Positions 44,719 through 53,172 of a stretch of 64,000 bases of DNA are shown here, in pieces (positions within the stretch are counted from its first letter, which is position 1; every line of letters starts with the position of its first letter). The notes below the pieces were generated by a model, which was not told the origin of the DNA, searched no databases, and saw only the letters and a program-made list of their open reading frames with translations. Made by a program: the position numbers and the translations under genes. This DNA comes from Candidatus Azophilus sp. (GTDB lineage: Bacteria; Pseudomonadota; Gammaproteobacteria; Pseudomonadales; Azotimanducaceae), in NCBI GenBank assembly GCA_965220835.1, contig OZ244842.1, forward strand, positions 3,495,611 to 3,559,610, read 5' to 3'.

Positions 44719-45618
44719 TCAGGGCGCAGCCTTGTCACCGAAAGCGGCCAGTAGGGCTGACGGAGGCGGCGCGTAGAAGAAGCTGCCGCTCACAGGTTGG
44801 GAGTGGCCGAGCAGCCGATCGCTAAGGCCATCCTCAGTTAGCCCGTACATGGACTCGAGCAGCCAGCGGAAGCGGTCCGGATCGGCGCTGAAGGCCAGAA
44901 AGTAGAGGCCGGCGTCTTGCAGGCGGCCCACCGGGCTGCTGCGGCGGTACACCTTGACCGCTTCGCCGCCGCGCTTGATGTCGGTGCGGCTGACGTGACT
45001 GTCCGGGGGCATGGCGTCGCCGGTGAGTTCAATGCTGTCCGCCTTGGTGCGGCCAATCACCTGCTCCTGGTCGGCCACCGGCAAAGTGTTGAATCCGGCC
45101 AAGTCATGTATCCAACGCTGGGCCATGATGAAGCTGCCGCCTGCATGAGGGCCGTCATGAATCAAGGCGGCCGCCAGTCTGGCGTCCTCCTTGGGGTTGG
45201 CGGAGCCGTCGACAAACCCTGTCAGGTCGCGGCTGTCACGGAAGCGGAAGCCGTGCTCCTCCGCCTGCAAGCGCGCCACGCCGGACAGTGCATCGCACCA
45301 AGCCAAGGCACGGGCGAAGAGCTCATCACGGGCTTCCCCGTGCAGCCAGATGAAGAGGTCGCGCTGGGAGGCTGGCGCGGACTTGCCGCTGCCTGCCACG
45401 GTGTTGAAGTCCGCCAATGCCGGAGGGGGCGAGGATTCGGACGAGCCCAGACCCGCCATCAAGCCTCGGCTGAAGCCAATGACCTGCTCCCCAGCGGCCA
45501 CCGGCGCCAGCACCAGCGAGCGCCCGGGCAGGCGGGCCGGCACGTTGGGAACGCTGAACTCCAAAAAGACGTGGTGCGCGGTGCCTTCCAGGAAGATGCC
45601 TGCTTGATGGTCGATCAT
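44719..45618 (-). CDS. Dyp-type (dye-decolorizing) heme peroxidase, YfeX/EfeB-like, cytoplasmic
   Basis: 299 aa. GxxDG region DLTGFVDGSANP, then GGSFIMAQRWIHDL, DSHVSRT, LYFLAFSADPDRF. No signal peptide. Confidence 0.85.
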   Translation of the reverse strand: MIDHQAGIFLEGTAHHVFLEFSVPNVPARLPGRSLVLAPVAAGEQVIGFSRGLMAGLGSSESSPPPALADFNTVAGSGKSAPASQRDLFIWLHGEARDELFARALAWCDALSGVARLQAEEHGFRFRDSRDLTGFVDGSANPKEDARLAAALIHDGPHAGGSFIMAQRWIHDLAGFNTLPVADQEQVIGRTKADSIELTGDAMPPDSHVSRTDIKRGGEAVKVYRRSSPVGRLQDAGLYFLAFSADPDRFRWLLESMYGLTEDGLSDRLLGHSQPVSGSFFYAPPPSALLAAFGDKAAP

Positions 45619-45659
45619 TGGGATGGGCCTAGTGCTCAGGGAATGGAAACAGGTCGCGT

Positions 45660-48449
45660 TCAGGCCTGTCGAGCTTTGGCAGTGCGGCGGCCCGTGCCCT
45701 TAGCACGCGTGCTCTTAGCACGCGTGCTGTTGGCAGGCTTGCTCTTGGCCGGCGTGCCTTTGGCACGGCCGCTTCCAGCTGGCCTGCTGCCAGCAGGCTT
45801 GCGCTTGGCCGCTTTGGCTCGCGCCTTGCGCGGCGCCGCCTTGCGCTCCACCCACTTCCCGTCCTGATAGAACGCCTGCCAGCCCGTGGCCTTGCCGTCG
45901 ATCTCGGACTGCACGTATTGCTGCGCCGTTTTGCGGCTGTAACGAATCACTGCCGGCACCCCATCGGGATCTTGAGCCGGTGCCGAGAGCAAGTACTTGA
46001 ACTTAGGGTCCAGCTCATTGGCGTGGGGCAGCAGTTCGGAGACTTTAGGCGCCCGCGTTTCCCGGTTCTTGGGGAACTGGCTGGCTGCCAGAAAGATGCC
46101 CGCTGCACCGTCGCGCAGCAGATAGTGGTCGTCCACCTTTTCGCAGCGCAGTTCCGGCATGGGCACCGGGTCGGCCTTGGGTGGCGCAGGCTGGCCGTTG
46201 CGCAGCAGCTTGCGGGTGTTGGCGCAGGCGGTGCAGCCGAAGTACTTGCCGAAGCGGCCCGTCTTCAATTGCATCTCGGCGCCGCAGCGGTCGCACTCCA
46301 GCACTGGCCCGTCGTAGCCCTTGAGGCGGAACTGCCCCTCCTCCACCTCAAAGCCAGCGCAGTCCGGGTTGTTGCCGCAGACGTGCAGCTTGCGTGTCTC
46401 ATCCACTAGGTAGCAGGTCATCGGCGTGTCGCAGAGTGGGCATTTGCGGCGGCTGCGCAGCAGCTTCGACTCGCCTTCATCATCGACGTCCACGTCCACC
46501 GCTTCCTCGCCGGGCGTCAGGTTCATCGTGTTCTGGCAGCGCTCCTTGGGCGGCAGTGCGTACCCCGAACAACCCAGAAAAACGCCCGTGCCCGCAGTGC
46601 GCAGCTGCATGGGTCGGCCGCACTTCGCGCAGGCAATGCCGGTTTCCGTTGGGGAATTGGGGCGCATGCCGCCATCGCTGCGGGCGACTCGTAGCTTGGT
46701 GCTGAAGTCCCCGTAGAACGTATCGAGCACGCCGCGCCAATTGGCCTCGCCCTCAGCAATTTGGTCGAGCTCCCGCTCCAAGGCAGCGGTGAAGCCGTAG
46801 TCCATGAGATTGCTGAACTGCTCCACAAGCCGGTCGGTGACCAACTCGCCGATCTTCTCGGCGTGAAAGCGGCGATTGACGATGCTGACGTAGCCACGCT
46901 CCTGGATGGTGGAAATGATGGCGGCGTAGGTGGAAGGCCGGCCGATGCCACGTTTTTCCAACTCCCGGACGAGGCTGGCCTCGCCATATCGCGGCGGCGG
47001 CTTGGTGAAGTGCTGCACGGCATCGGCATCCACCAAGGCCAGGGCCTCGCCGACGGCCAGATCTGGCAAGGGCTTGGCGTCGTCGCCTCTCGTCATCGGG
47101 GGCAACGCCCGGGTGTGGCCGTCGAATCGCTGGATGCGGCCGCGTATGCGCAACTCAAACTCGCCGCCGGTGGCCAGCACCGTGGTGGCGAGGTATTCCG
47201 CATCCGGCATCTGGCAGGCGATGAACTGTTGGCGGATCAGGTTGTAGAGCCGCGCCGCATCCTCGGCCACACCGGACAGCCCCTCGGCGGGGGTTGCAAC
47301 GTTGGTTGGGCGAATGGCTTCGTGGGCTTCCTGAGCGCCCTTCTTGCTGGCGTAGGAACGGGGCTTTTCGGGCACGTAACGCGGGCCGAACTCAGCCTTG
47401 ATGTGGTCTCGGCAGGCGGCCACCGCATCGCCGCTGAGATTGGTCGAATCCGTGCGCATGTAGGTGATGTGCCCGGCCTCGTAAAGACGCTGGGCCAAGG
47501 TCATCGTGCGCTTGACGCCGTAGCCCAATCGACCGCTGGCGGCCTGCTGCAGGGTGGAGGTGATGAGCGGTGGATTGGGGCGGGTCTTGGTGGGCCGGTC
47601 GGTGCGGTCGCTGACCGCAAAGCGGCGCTGCCGAAGCCGGCCAAGCGCGTCCTCCGCGGTCGCTTGGTTGCCGGGACGGAAGGCCTTGTCGTTTTCCTTG
47701 ACCACTTGGAAGCGTAGCGGCTCGGCGTCGTCCTGGCGTTTTAGATCGGCGAACAGTTCCCAATACTCTTCGGGCTTGAACGCCCTGATCTCCCGCTCGC
47801 GCTCCACCACCAGCCGCACCGCAACCGACTGCACGCGCCCAGCCGAGAGGCCCCGCGCCACCTTGGCCCAGAGCAGCGGGGAGAGTTCGAAGCCCACCAC
47901 CCGGTCGAGGAAGCGCCGCGCCTGCTGCGCATTGACCTGGTCCATGTCCAATTCGCCGGGCGAGCGAAAGGCGTCTTGAATGGCCTTGCGGGTGATCTCA
48001 TTGAAAACCACGCGCCGATAGCGGTCAGCAGGCCCGCCGATGGTTTCGCGCAAGTGCCAAGCAATCGCCTCCCCTTCCCGGTCCAGATCGGTGGCGAGGT
48101 AAACCGCATCGGCCTTTGCCGCCGAGCGGCACAGCTCATCGACCACCTTCTCCTTGCCGGGCAGCACTTCGTAGTCCGCCTGCCATTGATTGTCCGGATC
48201 CACGCCCATGCGCCGCACCAGCTGCGCCCGTGCCCGGCGCTCCCGCTCCGCCGCCCGCTCGCTGGCCGAAAGCTTGGGGCTCTTGGATGCCTTGCCGCGT
48301 TGGCTGGCGCTGCCGGCCTTGGCGCCTTTGCCGGTGGGCAAGTCCCGGATGTGGCCAACACTGGACTTGACGACATAGTCCTTGCCGAGATAACGGTTGA
48401 TGGTGCGCGCCTTTGCGGGCGATTCGACGATGACAAGCGATTGGGCCAA
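45660..48449 (-). CDS. topA: DNA topoisomerase I
   Basis: 929 aa. [19 protein letters not shown] (Toprim), ITYMRTDS (active-site Tyr), four Cys4 zinc-ribbon motifs, and a Lys/Arg/Ala-rich C-terminal tail. TTG start. Confidence 0.95.
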   Translation of the reverse strand: MAQSLVIVESPAKARTINRYLGKDYVVKSSVGHIRDLPTGKGAKAGSASQRGKASKSPKLSASERAAERERRARAQLVRRMGVDPDNQWQADYEVLPGKEKVVDELCRSAAKADAVYLATDLDREGEAIAWHLRETIGGPADRYRRVVFNEITRKAIQDAFRSPGELDMDQVNAQQARRFLDRVVGFELSPLLWAKVARGLSAGRVQSVAVRLVVEREREIRAFKPEEYWELFADLKRQDDAEPLRFQVVKENDKAFRPGNQATAEDALGRLRQRRFAVSDRTDRPTKTRPNPPLITSTLQQAASGRLGYGVKRTMTLAQRLYEAGHITYMRTDSTNLSGDAVAACRDHIKAEFGPRYVPEKPRSYASKKGAQEAHEAIRPTNVATPAEGLSGVAEDAARLYNLIRQQFIACQMPDAEYLATTVLATGGEFELRIRGRIQRFDGHTRALPPMTRGDDAKPLPDLAVGEALALVDADAVQHFTKPPPRYGEASLVRELEKRGIGRPSTYAAIISTIQERGYVSIVNRRFHAEKIGELVTDRLVEQFSNLMDYGFTAALERELDQIAEGEANWRGVLDTFYGDFSTKLRVARSDGGMRPNSPTETGIACAKCGRPMQLRTAGTGVFLGCSGYALPPKERCQNTMNLTPGEEAVDVDVDDEGESKLLRSRRKCPLCDTPMTCYLVDETRKLHVCGNNPDCAGFEVEEGQFRLKGYDGPVLECDRCGAEMQLKTGRFGKYFGCTACANTRKLLRNGQPAPPKADPVPMPELRCEKVDDHYLLRDGAAGIFLAASQFPKNRETRAPKVSELLPHANELDPKFKYLLSAPAQDPDGVPAVIRYSRKTAQQYVQSEIDGKATGWQAFYQDGKWVERKAAPRKARAKAAKRKPAGSRPAGSGRAKGTPAKSKPANSTRAKSTRAKGTGRRTAKARQA

Positions 48450-48536
48450 GACTGTTTCCGGTTGGTGAGAATCTGTGCGAAAGGCGCGGACAGGGACGGG
48501 CGCCGTTATACGGCTAGGGGAAAAGCACTGTCAAGG

Positions 48537-48844
48537 CGTGCGCCTTCGGCGCACGTGCGAGTTGCTCCGCAACTCGGTGTCGCGCGACCTGGCGGTCGCG
48601 TTGGAGTTTCGCTGGCGCGAAACTCTGCGTGCGGTCGACAGGACAGGTTCCGATGGGGTTGCGAACCAGTGCGGGCTTGCGGCTTCGGCGCACGTGCGAG
48701 TTGCTTCGCAACTCGGTGTCGCGCGACCTAGCGGTCGCGTTGGAGTTTCGCTGGTGCGAAAGCGAACCTTCGGTTCGTTGGAGTTTCGCTGGCGCGAAAC
48801 TCTGCGTGCGGGCAACAGGACAGGTTCCGATGGGGTTGCGATCC
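48537..48844. repeat. two tandem copies (123 bp and 161 bp) of a multi-hairpin element
   Basis: Unit A is 48545-48667 and unit B is 48684-48844; B equals A plus a 38-bp internal insertion. Each unit carries CGCACGTGCG, CGAGTTGC-N3-GCAACTCG, CGCGACC-N4-GGTCGCG, GAGTTTCG-N6-CGAAACTC and GGTTC-N12-GAACC. A lead hairpin CGTGCGCC-TTC-GGCGCACG lies at 48537-48555. Confidence 0.9.
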
Positions 48845-48941
48845 AACTACGCGCTCGTTGGGCGGGGTGCGGTGCCGTTTCTCGTCGGGTACCTTGTGGT
48901 CAGCGACCGTTGCTTTAAGCTCGCTTTCACTGAACCGGAGT

Positions 48942-50477
48942 ATGCCTTTGGGCGTTAGAAAATGGTTGGCTTGCGGCTCGGCGGCCGTCGCGTCGGTAGC
49001 GGCGGGGCTCTGGAGTGCGCGCTGTTCGGCGTCCGGCATCGACGAAGCGGTTGATGCGGCATTCCAACCGGTCGCCAAGGCGATGTCGGAGTTCGTGTTC
49101 TTCGCGGTGCCCTTGGGTGGTGCCCAATTGCAGTTGATCGTGCTGTGGTTGATCGCTGGCGCCGTTTTCTTCACCTTCTACTTCCGCTTCATCAACATTC
49201 GCGGCTTTGCCCATGCCCTTCGCATCGTGACCGGCGCCGTGGACGGCGATGCCAAGGGCGCTGGGGAGGTATCCCACTTTCAGGCCCTCACGACTGCGGT
49301 TTCCGGCACGGTCGGGGTCGGCAACATCGTGCATGTGGCGGTGGCAATCTCCATCGGCGGGCCGGGTGCCACCTTCTGGCTGATTGTCGCTGGCTTTCTG
49401 GGGATGGCTTCGAAATTCGTCGAATGCACCTTGGGCGTCAAGTACCGCCAGCGGAACGCCGACGGGTCGGTGTCCGGCGGACCCATGTTCTACTTGGACA
49501 AAGGGCTTAAGGACCGCGGCCTGCCACGGCTTGGCAAGGCCATGGCGTGGTACTACGCGGTTTGCATCATCATCGGCTGCCTCGGCGCTGGCTGCATGTT
49601 CCAAGCCAACCAAGCCTACGTTCAGTTCGTCAATGTAACGGGCGGCGAGCATAGCGCCTTTGCTGACCGGGGCTGGTTGTTTGGGCTTGCGCTTGCGTTG
49701 CTGGTGGCGCTGGTCATTGTCGGCGGCATCCGTAGCATCGCCCGGGTCACAGTGCGCTTGGTGCCCTTCATGGCGCTGCTGTACCTCGGCACCGCGCTCA
49801 TCGTGATCGGCGCCAACTATGCCGACATTCCGGGTGCACTTGGCGCCATCGTGACCCAAGCTTTCACGCCGGCTGGCGCCACGGGCGGGTTTATCGCGGT
49901 GCTGATCCTGGGCTTTCGCCGCGCCGCCTTTTCCAACGAGGCGGGCATCGGCTCCTCATCCATTGCCCATGCGGCGGTCAAGACCGGGGAACCCCTGACC
50001 CAAGGCTTCGTGGCAATGCTCGAACCCTTCATCGATACCGTGGTCATCTGCACCGTGACCGCCCTGCTGATCACGGTCACCGTCTATGACCCGGCGCTGC
50101 TGACCGACGGGGCCATAAGCGGCGTGGAGTTGACCTCATCGGCCTTTGCCAGCGTCATTCCGTGGTTTCCCTACGTGCTGGCGGTGGTGATCATGCTGTT
50201 TGCCTATTCGACCATGATTTCCTGGTCCTACTACGGCTTGGAAGGCTGCATCTATCTGTTCGGCAACCGGCGCAGCGCCAAAGTGGCCTTCAACACCGTC
50301 TTTTGCGTCTTCGTGGTCGTAGGCTGCACCACGCAACTCGATGCGGTGCTGGACTTTTCCGATGCGATGATCTTCGCCATGGCGCTGGCCAACGTGCTGG
50401 GCCTCTACCTGCTCGCGCCCTTGGTCAAGCGGGACTTGGATGCCTACTGGCGGCGGGTCAAGGACTCGCCTCTCTGA
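48942..50477 (+). CDS. alanine/glycine:cation symporter (AGCS family)
   Basis: ORF 48858..50477, ATG at 48942. Family-typical FINIRGFAHALRIV...EVSHFQALTTAVSGTVGVGNI...AAFSNEAGIGSSSIAHAA. Confidence 0.9.
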   Translation: MPLGVRKWLACGSAAVASVAAGLWSARCSASGIDEAVDAAFQPVAKAMSEFVFFAVPLGGAQLQLIVLWLIAGAVFFTFYFRFINIRGFAHALRIVTGAVDGDAKGAGEVSHFQALTTAVSGTVGVGNIVHVAVAISIGGPGATFWLIVAGFLGMASKFVECTLGVKYRQRNADGSVSGGPMFYLDKGLKDRGLPRLGKAMAWYYAVCIIIGCLGAGCMFQANQAYVQFVNVTGGEHSAFADRGWLFGLALALLVALVIVGGIRSIARVTVRLVPFMALLYLGTALIVIGANYADIPGALGAIVTQAFTPAGATGGFIAVLILGFRRAAFSNEAGIGSSSIAHAAVKTGEPLTQGFVAMLEPFIDTVVICTVTALLITVTVYDPALLTDGAISGVELTSSAFASVIPWFPYVLAVVIMLFAYSTMISWSYYGLEGCIYLFGNRRSAKVAFNTVFCVFVVVGCTTQLDAVLDFSDAMIFAMALANVLGLYLLAPLVKRDLDAYWRRVKDSPL

Positions 50478-52197
50478 CTATCGGATGGGGCTTGCCCTCG
50501 AACACCGTTCCCCAGACCGGAATGTCCTTGACTTGCATGGGCGCAACCTCAAGCGGGCCGGCTTCCAGCACGGTGAAGTCCGCCCGCTTGCCTGCCACGA
50601 TGCTGCCGATTTCCTGCTCCATGCGCAACGCAAAGGCGGCGTCGATGGTGACCGCGCGCATTGCCTGCTCAATGGTGATCCGCTCAGACGGCGCCATCAA
50701 GGAGCCTTCGGAAGTGACCCGGTTGACGGCCACCCAAGCCAAGGTGAGCGGTGCCGCCGGCGCCATGGTGAAGTCCGAATGCAGGGAAGTGGGAATGCCG
50801 TTGCGCACCATGGCGCCGATGCGCGACATCTGCGAGGCGCGGTCGTAGCCAAGCCCATGGGCGGCGTATAGGTCGCCCAGTGCCCAGATGTAGAAGGGCT
50901 GCGCGGAGATGACCGCACCCAGCCGGCCCGCTCTACGGAGTTGGTCATTGGTGGCATAGCCGACGTGATGCAGGGTCGTGCGGTGGTCTGGCCGAGGGCT
51001 GGCGGCCAGTGCCCGTTCCAGGATGCCCAGCACCACATCCATCCCCTCGTCGCCGTTGACGTGAACGTGAAGTTGGTAGCCCCTATTCCAGAACAGCCGG
51101 GCCAGCGCTTCCAGTTCCGCGGGCGGGGTCAGCCACTTGCCTTGGTGGCCGTCGATGTAGCCGGGGGGATTCATGCGCATGTATTGGGCGAAGAAACCCC
51201 CGTCGGCCAGCAGTTTCATGTGTCTGCCGATGCGCACCTTCGGTGATGCCGCCGCCGGGAAGTCCTCGAACGCCTGCAGCCAAGCGTCGCGTTCGGATGC
51301 GTCCGGCAGGCTTGAGGCTGCGGGCACCAGCACGATGCGCACCGGCGAGGAATCGGCGTCGAATGTCTCCCGCAGCAGGGCCGCCTCCCTGTCGAGCCCG
51401 AAGTACAGGCCAACGCCCATGTCGGCGATGGTGGTGACGCCACCCTGGTGGACGATCGAGCGCACCGCTTCGAGCCCGGCTTGGCGGCGCTCCGGAGTCA
51501 GCAGGAAGGGAACCAAGCGGCCGAGGGCGGCGGACAGCCCGCGCTCGGAGAACAGCCCCTGCTCGAAGTCCACATCGACCGGCTCCGCATCCACAGCCGG
51601 ATCGAATCCGAGCCATTGCAGCGCAGCGGAGTTGACCACAACCTCGTGGAACGACCGTTGCCAGAGAATCACCGGGCGCTGCGGTGCGATCCGGTCGAGA
51701 TCGGCACGACGCACCACCCCGTGCCACAGCTCGTGATAGCCCCAAGTGATGAAGGGCTCATCGTCGGCACCTGCTTCCGCCGCCCCGGCCGCGACTTGAT
51801 CGAGATAGGCGCTGCGCCCCCGGGTTGCTTCCACTTCCCGGCCCGGCAAAGACCAACGCTGCGGGGTGATCCAGCGGGTGTTGAGCAGCATGGTCGCCAT
51901 CAGGGGGTGCAGATGATTGTCGATCAGGCCAGGCAGCAGCACCTTGTCCGCGAATCGGTCGTCGATGACGTGATCGTGCGCATCGCGCCAGGCAGCCATC
52001 GAGTCAAGGTCACCAACCGCCACGATGCGTCCGTCGGCCACCGCAACCGCTTTGGCCCGGGGCAGCGACTCGTCCATGGTGATGATGGAGCGGGCGGTGT
52101 AGATGCGCAATGGCTCGGCCACGGCCGCGGCCAGGGCCACGGCCGCTTGGGACGCGAATGAAGAGGCTGCGATCAACAGGACGGTCAGCCACCGCAT
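50458..52197 (-). CDS. amidohydrolase-3 family metal-dependent hydrolase (YtcJ-like), secreted
   Basis: 579 aa. Signal peptide MRWLTVLLIAASSFASQAAVALAAA. Also LPGLIDNHLHPLM, HVHVNGDEG and SLHSDF. Confidence 0.8.
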   Translation of the reverse strand: MRWLTVLLIAASSFASQAAVALAAAVAEPLRIYTARSIITMDESLPRAKAVAVADGRIVAVGDLDSMAAWRDAHDHVIDDRFADKVLLPGLIDNHLHPLMATMLLNTRWITPQRWSLPGREVEATRGRSAYLDQVAAGAAEAGADDEPFITWGYHELWHGVVRRADLDRIAPQRPVILWQRSFHEVVVNSAALQWLGFDPAVDAEPVDVDFEQGLFSERGLSAALGRLVPFLLTPERRQAGLEAVRSIVHQGGVTTIADMGVGLYFGLDREAALLRETFDADSSPVRIVLVPAASSLPDASERDAWLQAFEDFPAAASPKVRIGRHMKLLADGGFFAQYMRMNPPGYIDGHQGKWLTPPAELEALARLFWNRGYQLHVHVNGDEGMDVVLGILERALAASPRPDHRTTLHHVGYATNDQLRRAGRLGAVISAQPFYIWALGDLYAAHGLGYDRASQMSRIGAMVRNGIPTSLHSDFTMAPAAPLTLAWVAVNRVTSEGSLMAPSERITIEQAMRAVTIDAAFALRMEQEIGSIVAGKRADFTVLEAGPLEVAPMQVKDIPVWGTVFEGKPHPIVREASP

Positions 52198-52414
52198 GAG
52201 GGTTCCTTTGGCGAACGAGCCGTGGGTTGTGGCAATGATAGCTTAGTGCTGCGCACGGCACAGATTTTGGAAGTTGCCTGCTTGGTGTGCTGTTCCGCAA
52301 ACAAGTGGGTTATGGTCGCTAGGCCGTTTGGGCTCCTGTGCAAGGGCCTATCCGTGACCGGAAAGGCCTTTCCCTTAGCCGAAAGAGCGCTGCCGCCGCG
52401 TGGCTGGCCCCTCG

Positions 52415-52430
52415 CCCCCCCCCCCCCCCC
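52415..52430. repeat. homopolymeric C16 tract (G16 on the minus strand)
   Basis: Counted directly: 16 consecutive C. The tract is embedded in CCCCTCGC-C16-GGGCTGAGGGCTC, which is a half-copy of the 45-bp unit at 42.1-42.8 kb. Confidence 0.9.
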
Positions 52431-52517
52431 GGGCTGAGGGCTCCGCGGAGCATCTCGGGTCGCCGTGCCCGTAGCAGAGCATCCGGGGGTAAGGGGAGGC
52501 AGGCGCGCCACGAACAA

Positions 52518-53075
52518 TCACACTTGTTTGCCGGACAGCACGCTCGCGTCTGCTTCGGCGGCCAAGGTTGCCACTTCACTGCCGATGGACGCCAACGACT
52601 CCTTGAGCTTGGCGACCGCAGCGGTGTCCGCCATCGGCCGCTCAAGCCAAAAGCAGCCTAGGTCGCGCCCGCCGCAATCCACCGCCACCACGTCATCCGG
52701 CAGGGTCTCGATCAGCGGTTGAAGCGGGTCGGCCCATCCCGGCGGCAACGCCATGCCCTCATCCGCAATCCAGCCCCGGGTGGAGCGCAACAGCCGCCAA
52801 GGGGGCGCTTCATCACGCATCTGATCCAAGGCCAGGGCATATCGCGCGGTGGCGTGCATGGGCTCGCGCAGCCGCCCGCCAGCCGTCACCCGATCCTCGG
52901 GCGCAGCATCGGGGTTGCGCACCGGCTTCAGCGACACGGTCAGCCCCAGCTGCCGCGCCTGCGCCCTGAGTGCTGCGAGACGACGGTCCTTCTTGGTGGG
53001 CAGCACGTAGAGAATTGGCCCAAAGGCGACAATCAAGACGCCGACAATGATGACGCCAATCCAAATCCCATCCAT
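52518..53075 (-). CDS. hypothetical N-terminally membrane-anchored protein
   Basis: ORF 52518..53117, with ATG 53075 (MDGIWIGVIIVGVLIVAFGPILYVLPTKKDRR). One TM segment plus a soluble domain of about 150 aa. No family recognised. Confidence 0.55.
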   Translation of the reverse strand: MDGIWIGVIIVGVLIVAFGPILYVLPTKKDRRLAALRAQARQLGLTVSLKPVRNPDAAPEDRVTAGGRLREPMHATARYALALDQMRDEAPPWRLLRSTRGWIADEGMALPPGWADPLQPLIETLPDDVVAVDCGGRDLGCFWLERPMADTAAVAKLKESLASIGSEVATLAAEADASVLSGKQV

Positions 53076-53172
53076 GGGCCTCCCCTTTTCTCTGATTGCG
53101 TTCTCTGATTGCGGCACTGCTGCCTCCGAAGCATCCTAGGCGGGCGCAACCCACCTTGAGACTGCGCCGCTC

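Noticed and set aside
44076-44825. ORFs through the GAGCTGCCCAAA array (44076..44405 -, FGQL-rich; 44142..44825 +, ELPK-rich)
   Set aside because: The 14/20/21-bp periods are not multiples of three, so the peptide repeats drift between frames. The minus-strand ORF would start at a TTG inside the terminator region without a Shine-Dalgarno sequence, and its hydrophobic N-terminus is just the translated T-run. The plus-strand ORF runs antisense into dyp.
48537-48844. Tandem glycine riboswitch upstream of the alanine/glycine symporter
   Set aside because: Context and tandem layout fit. However, the conserved cores as I remember them (GGAGAG ... CACCGAAGGGGCAA ... CUCAGGCAAAAGGAC) are not present. 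Only loose look-alikes (ACAGGACAG, CCGATGGGG) occur, and in the wrong order. Hairpin modules of the element also recur in unrelated gaps. The item is kept as a finding, but not as a glycine riboswitch; a cmscan would settle it.
50458-50477. 20-bp overlap of the convergent 3' ends of the symporter and amidohydrolase genes
   Set aside because: Short convergent overlaps are common in compact GC-rich genomes, and nothing else is unusual here.
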